Shown: positions 28,164 to 35,831 of the stretch, in pieces | Numbering within the stretch: the stretch's first letter is position 1 | Layout of the letters: each line of letters starts with the position of its first letter | Source of the DNA: Candidatus Kaiserbacteria bacterium | GTDB lineage: Bacteria; Patescibacteriota; Minisyncoccia; Phycocordibacterales; Phycocordibacteraceae | DNA length: 64,000 bases | Assembly: GCA_016182485.1 (NCBI GenBank) | Contig: JACPGH010000002.1 | Location: 26,608-90,607 of the forward strand | Reading direction: 5' to 3' | The notes under the pieces: model-generated | Seen by the model: the letters and a program-made list of their open reading frames with translations, nothing else | Told to the model about the DNA's origin: nothing | Database searches by the model: none | Position numbers and translations under genes: made by a program

Positions 28164-28661
28164 ATGCTGCCATGGATCCAGCAGTTGAACGAGCGGATGA
28201 AGCAGGTCGACACGAGGCCTCTCCTCGAGCAGCTGGAGCTTGGAGCCAAGCTCCAGCCTCATGAGCACATCGTCGGAAAGCTTTCCGATGAGATGCTCCG
28301 GCTCTTCGGCGTCGTCCTCGCGCAGGGGATGGAGATGATTAGCCACATGGGGCGCTGCGCGGATCTGTTCGACCGGCTCCCGGAGATGGAGTCGGAACTC
28401 GAGATCGAGGCGAGGATAAGGCCCCTCATGTCGGAGGGCGCGGAGCTCTCCCGACGGCTACAGCTCACCGAGGACCTGTTCTGGGCGTCGATCATATTCG
28501 AGTTCCCCGAGGCCGCGAACAGGAATCGCGGGATTCGGGCGGGCGGGCGGGTCGTCGTCTGGGAGACCGAAGCCGACCCGCGGCGGATGCGCCAGCAGAT
28601 GGCCGCAGGCGAGCTTGCGGCCATCATAAGCAAGCTGGAGCAAATCCACCTCCGCAACTAG
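28164..28661 (+). CDS. hypothetical protein (165 aa) bracketed by identical 65-bp repeats
   Basis: The start is preceded by AGGAGG. I recognise no domain. Confidence 0.65.
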   Translation: MLPWIQQLNERMKQVDTRPLLEQLELGAKLQPHEHIVGKLSDEMLRLFGVVLAQGMEMISHMGRCADLFDRLPEMESELEIEARIRPLMSEGAELSRRLQLTEDLFWASIIFEFPEAANRNRGIRAGGRVVVWETEADPRRMRQQMAAGELAAIISKLEQIHLRN

Positions 28662-28704
28662 GGCTGGCGGGCGCCGAACCCTTCTGGGTCGGCGCCCGGT
28701 TTTT

Positions 28705-28731
28705 CTACCTTCTCTAATTCGAGCGCGGTGC
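28705..28731. repeat. direct repeat CTACCTTCTCTAATTCG(A)GCGCGGTGC, copy 1
   Basis: Matches 29747..29771 apart from one extra A. Confidence 0.5.
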
Positions 28732-28777
28732 CCGTCCGTAGCTACAAGCGGAGGAGGGAATAGGCGAATAAGTCCGT

Positions 28778-28842
28778 TGTGAAGGTCTGACCTTCACAAG
28801 CTGTGAATCTGCAATGTCTTCTGTGAAGGTCAGACCTTCACA
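28778..28842. repeat. paired 21-bp palindromes (locus 3), identical including the spacer to locus 2
   Basis: Palindromes at 28778..28798 and 28822..28842. The spacer is AGCTGTGAATCTGCAATGTCTTC. Confidence 0.85.
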
Positions 28843-28926
28843 ATGCGGTCGTCGCCCAAGTTAGGCATCCGATGTTTATTAAAAGGTAGCGCTCAAGCAT
28901 GGACATATAACTACAACGGGCCGCTC

Positions 28927-29571
28927 CTAGACAAGGAGACGGCCCATGTAATTCACCGCAGACCATAGCCAGACTGAAGACATCTTCTCGGCGAACTGCA
29001 AAGGATTGAAGACGATGTCTCTGGGGAAGGCTGCGTACGTCACCGCGAGCGACAGAGCAATCAGAGTCACATACGCGGCAAGTATCGCTGACCGACCGCG
29101 TCGATTGAGACGGGATATGCGCGCGGGCGTTCTGATCGCGCGCACCACTTTGTATCCGTCGTGTGACCCTACCGGGATGAGGTTAATAAGCGCGCCAAGT
29201 GCTTCAAGCGGAGCGCCGAACAGAATCACCTCATCGCCGGTTACGGTTCCCGTGGCGAACAGACCGATCCCGTAAAGAAGTTGGTACGTCGGCCCCGTCA
29301 GGCTGATGAAGCTGCCAACCCACCAATTCATTATCCTCGCTCGGTACATACACCAGCCAGCGAACCATGGGAACAAGTAGATGCCGCGCACCGGGACTCC
29401 GTGCCATCGTGCCGCATGAGCATGGCCGAGCTCGTGTACCGCCAAACCAATAAAGAGAATGGCGGAAAGCCGGGGACTGAAAATGCTCATGTAAGCAAGT
29501 AAGCAGAGCAGGGCGAGGCACGTCTTGCCGAACGGCACTCTATCGGCCAAGTTTGAAAGAGCTGCTTTCAA
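28927..29571 (-). CDS. M50 family (site-2 protease-like) membrane metallopeptidase
   Basis: HELGHA (HExxH) lies within a TM helix and the protein is polytopic. Confidence 0.7.
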   Translation of the reverse strand: MKAALSNLADRVPFGKTCLALLCLLAYMSIFSPRLSAILFIGLAVHELGHAHAARWHGVPVRGIYLFPWFAGWCMYRARIMNWWVGSFISLTGPTYQLLYGIGLFATGTVTGDEVILFGAPLEALGALINLIPVGSHDGYKVVRAIRTPARISRLNRRGRSAILAAYVTLIALSLAVTYAAFPRDIVFNPLQFAEKMSSVWLWSAVNYMGRLLV

Positions 29572-29718
29572 GTCTGCCCTCCTGGGGCGGCTGATTTACT
29601 GTTATCCATCATACATGATATGACGTCACTTGTCAATATCATACGAACCCGCCCTCCGAGCTTCGATCTTGCGGGAGCGATGACGACGGCGAGATTTACC
29701 GAGACGAAAAAGAAGGTA

Positions 29719-29742
29719 TTTAGGGACTTACGATGTCCCTAA
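29719..29742. repeat. palindrome TTTAGGGACTTACGATGTCCCTAA (relative of the GGACATC-GATGTCC family)
   Basis: A stem TAGGGAC/GTCCCTA with the same core as the miaA-associated palindromes. Confidence 0.4.
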
Positions 29743-29746
29743 TTCG

Positions 29747-29771
29747 CTACCTTCTCTAATTCGCGCGGTGC
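29747..29771. repeat. direct repeat CTACCTTCTCTAATTCGCGCGGTGC, copy 2 (followed by TATATAT)
   Basis: Matches 28705..28731. Together the two copies bracket the M50 gene and locus 3. Confidence 0.5.
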
Positions 29772-29820
29772 TATATATCATCTCCCCGACCAATCATTTA
29801 CATCTGATCCGCACAAAGGG

Positions 29821-30057
29821 ATGGGAGAACTGGAATATACGAGCGTCGAACCAGTTACGCCCTGGGCAAGAGAAGAACACGAGTCGGCGCTGGACGCAAT
29901 GGTACGTCATGGCGTACAGGTCTATTTCGTGGATCCAGAAACGTTCGCACGGATACAAACATCCCCGGATCACGGGTATGACATATTGAAAACACTCGAG
30001 TCAGAGAATCAGCGCCGCGGCGTCAATGCTACAGATTTGCCCGGTACGGAGGCTTAA
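29821..30057 (+). CDS. hypothetical small protein
   Basis: An acidic 78-aa ORF with a GGGA-like RBS. It overlaps the annotated start of the ABC ATPase. Confidence 0.35.
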   Translation: MGELEYTSVEPVTPWAREEHESALDAMVRHGVQVYFVDPETFARIQTSPDHGYDILKTLESENQRRGVNATDLPGTEA

Positions 30058-31048
30058 TTCTGACTTCTCGGAGTTTTGTTATAACAACCCGGTGTTAAAT
30101 CCAGATAACGCGATAGAAATACGCGGCTTAAAAAAATCGTTCAAAAAGACAGTCGTTCTGAAGGGGCTCGATCTCGAGGTGAAGCGCGGCACGATGCTCG
30201 CCTTGCTCGGACCGAACGGAGCGGGGAAGACGACTACGGTACGGATCTTGAGTACGCTTATCCCGCCCGATGAAGGAGAGGCGCGCGTGCTCGGTTTCGA
30301 TGTGGTGCGGGAGGCGCGGAGAGTACGGGAGGTCATCGGGCTTACCGGCCAGTATGCCGCTGTGGACGAGTATCTCACCGGCCGAGAAAATCTCGAGATG
30401 ATGGGCAGACTCTATCATCTCTCTCGCGAGGCGAGCCGGCGGCGCTCTAGCGAGCTGCTCGGCCAGTTCGATCTAGGCGAGGTGGCCGATCGTGCCGCGA
30501 AGACGTACTCGGGCGGGCTGCGCCGCCGGCTCGACCTCGCGCTCTCGCTCATGGCCAAGCCGCCAGTTCTCTTCCTCGATGAGCCAACGGCCGGCCTCGA
30601 TCCGCGCTCTAGGCTCACTATGTGGGAGATCATAGAGAAACTCATGGACGAGGGATCGACGATCCTTCTCACGACCCAGCATCTCGAAGAGGCCGACAAG
30701 CTCGCGGACCGAATCGCCGTGCTCGACCGCGGGAAGATCATCGCGGCCGGTACCGCCGACGAGCTCAAGGCGAAGGTCGGCACCGAAAGGATCGAGGTCA
30801 TAATCGACCGCGGAAGCAATTTCAAGAAGGCCGCCGAGATCATTACCGGAGAAGGGAAGCAGATGGACGAGAAAGAGCGGAGCCTCTCTGTGTCGACGGA
30901 TGGAAGCGTGCTCGAAATAAAGAAAATCCTAGACGGCATCTACAGCGCGGGAATCGATATCGAAAGCATGTCCGTACACAAACCTACTCTCGACGATGTG
31001 TTCATGCGCCTCACTGGCCGCGAAGCCGAGGAAGGCACGGAAACTTAA
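30026..31048 (+). CDS. ABC transporter ATP-binding protein (ABC-2/DrrA-like)
   Basis: Walker A is GPNGAGKTT, the signature is YSGGLRRRL and Walker B is LFLDEPTAGLD. The true start may be the GTG near 30092. Confidence 0.85.
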   Translation: MLQICPVRRLNSDFSEFCYNNPVLNPDNAIEIRGLKKSFKKTVVLKGLDLEVKRGTMLALLGPNGAGKTTTVRILSTLIPPDEGEARVLGFDVVREARRVREVIGLTGQYAAVDEYLTGRENLEMMGRLYHLSREASRRRSSELLGQFDLGEVADRAAKTYSGGLRRRLDLALSLMAKPPVLFLDEPTAGLDPRSRLTMWEIIEKLMDEGSTILLTTQHLEEADKLADRIAVLDRGKIIAAGTADELKAKVGTERIEVIIDRGSNFKKAAEIITGEGKQMDEKERSLSVSTDGSVLEIKKILDGIYSAGIDIESMSVHKPTLDDVFMRLTGREAEEGTET

Positions 31049-31051
31049 CGT

Positions 31052-31828
31052 ATGGAGAGACGACTCTATTGGATATTATCCGATTTCTTAGTCCTCGTCG
31101 GGAGGAGTTTGAAGCATATTTTTAAAAATATGGATCAGCTGCTTTCGCTCACGATCCAGCCGGTCATGTTCATGCTCTTGTTTGGGTACGTATTCGGAGG
31201 AGCGATCCAGACTGGCGGCGTGAGTTATATCAATTTCCTCGTGGCCGGCATCCTCGTACAGATGAGCGCTTTCGGCGCGACGACGACCTCGCTCTCTATC
31301 GCGACCGACATGCGCCGAGGAATAATCGACCGCCTCAAGACGCTCCCGATCCTGAGTTCCGCCGTCATGGTCGGACATGTAACGGCCGATCTTGTTCGCA
31401 ATCTCGTTTCTGCGGCGGTGCTTATCGCCGTCGCTTTCCTGATGGGCTTTCGGCCGGTAGCCAGCGTCTCCGATTGGCTCGCAATAGTCGGACTACTCAT
31501 TATATTCACTCTCGCGATCTCCTGGCTCTTTACGATCGCGGGACTACTGGCGAAAAGCATCGAAGCGGTGCAGTGGATGGGCTTCTTCATCGTATTCCCG
31601 CTCACCTTCGCGAGCGCAGCCTTCGTGCCGACGGAAAGCATGCCGAAATATCTCAGGATATTTGCGGAGAACCAGCCGGTCACGCACACCATCGAAGCCA
31701 TTCGGGCCTACATGCTCGGCCTGCCCGTCGGGAGCCACGCACTAATCGCCACTTTGTGGTGGCTCGCAGTCATAGCCATTACAATCCCTGTCGCCGGGTC
31801 TCTGTTTCGGACCCGGATCTTGAGTTAG
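31052..31828 (+). CDS. ABC-2 type transporter permease
   Basis: Six TM segments. It is immediately downstream of the ATPase. Confidence 0.8.
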   Translation: MERRLYWILSDFLVLVGRSLKHIFKNMDQLLSLTIQPVMFMLLFGYVFGGAIQTGGVSYINFLVAGILVQMSAFGATTTSLSIATDMRRGIIDRLKTLPILSSAVMVGHVTADLVRNLVSAAVLIAVAFLMGFRPVASVSDWLAIVGLLIIFTLAISWLFTIAGLLAKSIEAVQWMGFFIVFPLTFASAAFVPTESMPKYLRIFAENQPVTHTIEAIRAYMLGLPVGSHALIATLWWLAVIAITIPVAGSLFRTRILS

Positions 31829-31854
31829 CCCCGAATAGGCGAACAATGGCCATC

Positions 31855-31919
31855 TGTGAAGGTCAGACCTTCACAAGCTGAGAATTTTCGGCGCTTTCTG
31901 TGAAGGTCAGACCTTCACA
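31855..31919. repeat. paired 21-bp palindromes TGTGAAGGTCAGACCTTCACA x2 (locus 4)
   Basis: Palindromes at 31855..31875 and 31899..31919. The spacer is AGCTGAGAATTTTCGGCGCTTTC. Confidence 0.85.
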
Positions 31920-32003
31920 TCGAACCCGTTCGGTCGGACTTTGCTTTGAGAATCCACTGCGGCGGATAAGATGCGCGGTGATTGGTGATACGATTAGGGG
32001 CAT

Positions 32004-32171
32004 ATGGCGACGAATGAAAAACCGGGGCGAGGGAGAAAGGGGGTGGTGAAGAATCGTACGCAGGTCTTCAGCGGGCGGAATAAGCGCTGGACGAAGAAGG
32101 GAGCCGACGGGAAGTTCATGGATCAGATGACGCACAAGGGCGCGAAGTTCAAGGGCGTGCGTATCAAATAA
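32004..32171 (+). CDS. small basic protein (55 aa), absent from the ORF track
   Basis: MATNEKPGRGRKGVVKNRTQVFSGRNKRWTKKGADGKFMDQMTHKGAKFKGVRIK. It has an ATG start and is open to TAA. Confidence 0.4.
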   Translation: MATNEKPGRGRKGVVKNRTQVFSGRNKRWTKKGADGKFMDQMTHKGAKFKGVRIK

Positions 32172-32197
32172 TACTCACGGGAAGTTCATTACTCCTC

Positions 32198-32419
32198 ATG
32201 TATAGGCGAGTAATGGCGCGAAAGTACGGCAGAAGGGCGCAAAAGAAAGTCGAACAGACGATGCATGAATACAAGCGCGGCAAGCTAAAGAGCGGCCGTG
32301 CGGGTAGGCGCGTGAAGAATCCGAAGCAGGCGATAGCGATCGGGCTCTCGCAGGCGCGGCGGGCGGGCGCGAAGGTGCCGGCCCGGCGCCGCCCGCGCGG
32401 GCGGCGCCGGGCCGGATAA
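32198..32419 (+). CDS. small basic protein with KQAIAIGLSQARRAG motif
   Basis: Length 73 aa. It resembles a conserved family of small proteins (...KSGRAGRRVKNPKQAIAIGLSQAR...). The antisense ORF has low complexity. Confidence 0.45.
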   Translation: MYRRVMARKYGRRAQKKVEQTMHEYKRGKLKSGRAGRRVKNPKQAIAIGLSQARRAGAKVPARRRPRGRRRAG

Positions 32420-32491
32420 AGGGTGGGGAATTCTCCGAATTCCAGAGCCAGGACGGGGTACACTATATCCATTACCAGTTAGACAACCGAT

Positions 32492-32863
32492 ATGGATATC
32501 GCACTCGTCGCTGCCAAGATATTAGGGACCTATCTTATTGTGAGCGGGCTCTTCCTCATCTTCCGCGGGAAGACGGTTCCGCATTTGCTTAAAGATTTCT
32601 TCGACCACCCGGCAGTCATGTATCTCGCCGGCGCCATGCTTATTTTCCTATCTTCGGCCTATCTTTCCCAAAGCAATGTCTGGGACGGGACGTGGCGTAC
32701 CGTTCTCACGATATTTGCCTGGCTCGTACTCATCAAGGGCGTCGGATATATTCTCATGCCGGACGCATTGCATAAGGCCGTCAGCCGGAAAGTGCTCGAA
32801 TCCTTGAATCTCTACGGGCTAGTCGCGATGGCGATGGGCCTCGCGCTCTTCTACGTCGGCTAG
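32492..32863 (+). CDS. hypothetical membrane protein
   Basis: Four predicted TM helices. Length 123 aa. Confidence 0.55.
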   Translation: MDIALVAAKILGTYLIVSGLFLIFRGKTVPHLLKDFFDHPAVMYLAGAMLIFLSSAYLSQSNVWDGTWRTVLTIFAWLVLIKGVGYILMPDALHKAVSRKVLESLNLYGLVAMAMGLALFYVG

Positions 32864-32920
32864 CAATCCGTAGATATACGTCAGCCGCGCATGAGTGCTC
32901 GGTAAGTTATACTGGTTCAT

Positions 32921-33277
32921 ATGAACGAATCACCGCCGAATGAGAATGCGGAAGAAAGACGGCTTGTCCAAGCAGGACTCGAGCTGCAGCGGCAGGATAA
33001 GGAAGATCCCGAACGCGCGCCCATTGTGCGGATAGCACATAAGGTTGCCATGGAAGTGTACCGTGGGAATGAAGCATTGCTTAGAGACATTGAATCCTTT
33101 CGCAGGGATTTTCTGGAACATTTCGGAAAGTCCGAAGGGCAGAAATATAGGCTCTATCACGCACTCTCCGGAAGCACCCCTCTCGGCTCAGCCATTTATT
33201 TCGACGCAGAAGGAGAGTGGTCCATAGAGGCGAAAGCGCGCGAACTCGCCGAGCGGTATCACATCGATATAGAATAA
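32921..33277 (+). CDS. hypothetical protein
   Basis: Length 118 aa. It ends 7 nt before the helicase gene, so the two may be co-transcribed. Confidence 0.5.
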   Translation: MNESPPNENAEERRLVQAGLELQRQDKEDPERAPIVRIAHKVAMEVYRGNEALLRDIESFRRDFLEHFGKSEGQKYRLYHALSGSTPLGSAIYFDAEGEWSIEAKARELAERYHIDIE

Positions 33278-33283
33278 GAGCGC

Positions 33284-34972
33284 ATGACCCAAGGCGAGGC
33301 GCTCTCGATTCTCAAGACCGGCGCGAACGTATATCTCACCGGCGAGCCGGGAAGCGGCAAAACGCACGCGATAAATGAATTCATCGCGTGGCTGCGTCTT
33401 TCAGGGATAGAGCCGGCTATCACGGCCGCGACCGGCATCGCGGCGACGCACGTCGGCGGCATGACACTGCACTCGTGGAGCGGAATCGGCATTGCCGAGT
33501 CGCTCTCGCGCGCCGATATAGATCGCATCGCCGGGAAGGAGCATGTCGCCCGCAGGCTCCAAAAAGCCTCAGTGCTTATCATCGAAGAAATCTCCATGCT
33601 CTCCGCGGCGACATTCGAGATGGCGGATGCCATTTGCCGCGAAGCGCGCCGTGCCGAGCTCCCATTTGGCGGGCTCACGGTCATCCTCGTCGGAGACTTT
33701 TTCCAATTGCCGCCTGTGGCGCGTGTTCAGGCGATGTCCGTGCGCTTCGCTTACGCTTCGCCCGTTTGGGACAAATTAAACCCGATCACCTGTTACCTAA
33801 CAGACCAATATCGGCAGGATGATGTTGAATTTCTTGGCGTACTCTCGGCGATACGCGCCGGAGAGGTCGAAGAGGCTCATTATGAAGCGCTCATGGCGCG
33901 GCATACGGAGCCTGGCACCCCGCCCGCCTGCGCTCCGAAATTATTTTCGCATAATGCCGACGTCGATCGAATAAACGCGCAGGAACTCGCGAAGCTACCG
34001 GGCAAAGCGAAGACTTTCCGGATGAACGCGAAAGGGAAGGAGCAATTTGTAGAAGGGCTGAAGCGCGGGTGCCTCTCGCCGGAAATTCTCGAACTGAAGG
34101 AGGGCGCGGCGGTCATGTTCACGAAAAACTCTCCCCAAGGGAAGTTCGTCAACGGGACGCTCGGCGTTGTCGCGGGTTGGAGCTTCGATGGCTCGCCGAT
34201 TGTTGAGATACGCAGCCCCTCGACAAGCTCGGGACATCGGTTCCGCGTAACCGCGGAACCGATGGAATGGCAGCTTGAGGAACAAGGGAAGGTGCGCGCG
34301 AGTATCTCGCAATTGCCCCTACGGCTCGCCTATGCGATGACAGTCCACAAGAGCCAAGGAATGAGCATGGATGCGGCGGTCATCGATCTCTCGAAAGCCT
34401 TTGAATACGGGCAGGGATATGTGGCGCTCTCGCGGGTGCGGCGATTAAGCGGAGTGCATCTCACCGGCTTAAACGCGCGCGCGCTCGAAGTCCATCCGGA
34501 AATTCTTGAAAAAGACAGGGAATTCCGCGCCGCGTCTGACGCGGCGCGGGAAGCATTTGCGGCTCTGCCAAGCGCCGAGCTCGCAGGCATGCAGAAAAAA
34601 TTCGTCAAAGCCATAGGCGGCGCTTGGCCCAATCCCTCGCAATCGCTCGGGACGGCCCGGCAGCCCGGCTCGGCCGGGCTGCCGGGCCGTCTGGCAGAAA
34701 CCCTGCAGACCGTGCGGGATGCGAACGATTTAAATGCAGCGGCGAAGGCGCGCGGACTCACCGTTTCCACCATCGTGAAGCATTTGGAAGAACTGGCCGA
34801 AATAGGGAAGCTCGCCAGCGCTGATTTCGAGCACCTTATTTCTCAAGGCGAACTGCACGAGATCGCCGAAGCCATAGAAGCTGCCGGCCGCGAGCGCCTC
34901 TCGCCCGTTTATCATGCGCTCGGCGGCCGGCACTCATTCGAAACTATCCGGCTTGTCCGCCTTCTCAAGTAA
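33284..34972 (+). CDS. Pif1/RecD-like SF1 DNA helicase with C-terminal helix-turn-helix domain
   Basis: Walker A is GEPGSGKT and Walker B is IIEEISML. Pif1 family motifs are present (QLPPV; VHKSQG). The C-terminal HTH is TVSTIVKHLEELAE. Confidence 0.8.
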   Translation: MTQGEALSILKTGANVYLTGEPGSGKTHAINEFIAWLRLSGIEPAITAATGIAATHVGGMTLHSWSGIGIAESLSRADIDRIAGKEHVARRLQKASVLIIEEISMLSAATFEMADAICREARRAELPFGGLTVILVGDFFQLPPVARVQAMSVRFAYASPVWDKLNPITCYLTDQYRQDDVEFLGVLSAIRAGEVEEAHYEALMARHTEPGTPPACAPKLFSHNADVDRINAQELAKLPGKAKTFRMNAKGKEQFVEGLKRGCLSPEILELKEGAAVMFTKNSPQGKFVNGTLGVVAGWSFDGSPIVEIRSPSTSSGHRFRVTAEPMEWQLEEQGKVRASISQLPLRLAYAMTVHKSQGMSMDAAVIDLSKAFEYGQGYVALSRVRRLSGVHLTGLNARALEVHPEILEKDREFRAASDAAREAFAALPSAELAGMQKKFVKAIGGAWPNPSQSLGTARQPGSAGLPGRLAETLQTVRDANDLNAAAKARGLTVSTIVKHLEELAEIGKLASADFEHLISQGELHEIAEAIEAAGRERLSPVYHALGGRHSFETIRLVRLLK

Positions 34973-34996
34973 AGAGGTTAAACCTCTTTACTTTCG
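34970..34996. terminator. palindrome AAGTAAAGAGGTTAAACCTCTTTACTT overlapping the stop codons of convergent genes
   Basis: 11-bp arms. It contains the helicase TAA and, on the other strand, the HAD-gene C-terminal codons SKEV and its stop. Confidence 0.55.
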
Positions 34997-35787
34997 AGCA
35001 ATGCTTCGATGAGACGGGCGGTGTCGGAAGGGGAGTTAACGCTTTTGGTCCCGACGTTCGTTTTGAATACAGCTTCATCATTGCCGCCCTCGGTGAGCTG
35101 ATCGCCGATGTACAGCGCTTCAGATTCGGGAATGTTCAAACGCTCGCACAATTTGCGGATGCCGTAAGCTTTATCAATACCCGACTTTGTCACATCGATC
35201 GACGTTGCACCTCCCATTCTCACGGAAAACTGCGGCAGGCGTTCGGCAAGCGCCGCCTGCAGCGCGCGCCGCTTCGACTTATCCGGGTCCCATGCCTGCT
35301 TCTCTTTTACCGGCGCTTTCTGGCCGAGCGCCGAGAGCGTAACTTGGCTGCCGCGGTACTCGACGCGCTCGCCCCAGGCGGGAGCCGAAAAATCGATAAG
35401 GCCCGTGTGAGTCGCCGCGTCGCGCATCGCCCTTTCAATATGGCTGGCATCCGCCTCGGAGAGGCGTTCTTCGTACACTTTTTTCCAAGCGTCCGCGCTT
35501 GTCCCGAGCGATTTATCCTGAGCGGAGTCGATGGAAGTCGAGGGACTATATTCATACAACGTCGCCCCGCTAGTGGGGAGGAGATAGAGGTTCCTTAAAT
35601 TCGCTTCCGGGGGAAGCCGGTCTACGACCTGTTTCAAAAATTGAGGGAGAGCGCCGCCGGAAATGATCGCGACTTGCGTAGCGGCGAGCAGGCGCGCGAG
35701 CAGGCCGGCCATTTCTAGCGAGAGCGGCTGCTTGCTCTCCGCGAGCGTGCCGTCGAGATCGAAAATTATTAGTTTGTGCATACGCAT
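34978..35787 (-). CDS. HAD-superfamily hydrolase, subfamily IIB
   Basis: The N-terminus reads FDLDGTL and the C-terminus GDQLTEGGND. Confidence 0.75.
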   Translation of the reverse strand: MRMHKLIIFDLDGTLAESKQPLSLEMAGLLARLLAATQVAIISGGALPQFLKQVVDRLPPEANLRNLYLLPTSGATLYEYSPSTSIDSAQDKSLGTSADAWKKVYEERLSEADASHIERAMRDAATHTGLIDFSAPAWGERVEYRGSQVTLSALGQKAPVKEKQAWDPDKSKRRALQAALAERLPQFSVRMGGATSIDVTKSGIDKAYGIRKLCERLNIPESEALYIGDQLTEGGNDEAVFKTNVGTKSVNSPSDTARLIEALLESKEV

Positions 35788-35831
35788 TGCTCACTCGAAC
35801 ATGCGCCTCGAAGGACACGCATAATGCCGCA

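Noticed and set aside
28008-28842. Integron gene cassette (attC-ORF-attC)
   Set aside because: The repeats lack the R''/R' core sites (RYYYAAC / GTTRRRY) and the imperfect-palindrome structure of attC. No intI gene is in the window.
31863-32135. ORF 31863..32135 (minus)
   Set aside because: Its translation runs through the palindrome pair (..CEGLTFTE..) and has no RBS. A plus-strand small ORF (32004..32171) is a better explanation for the region.
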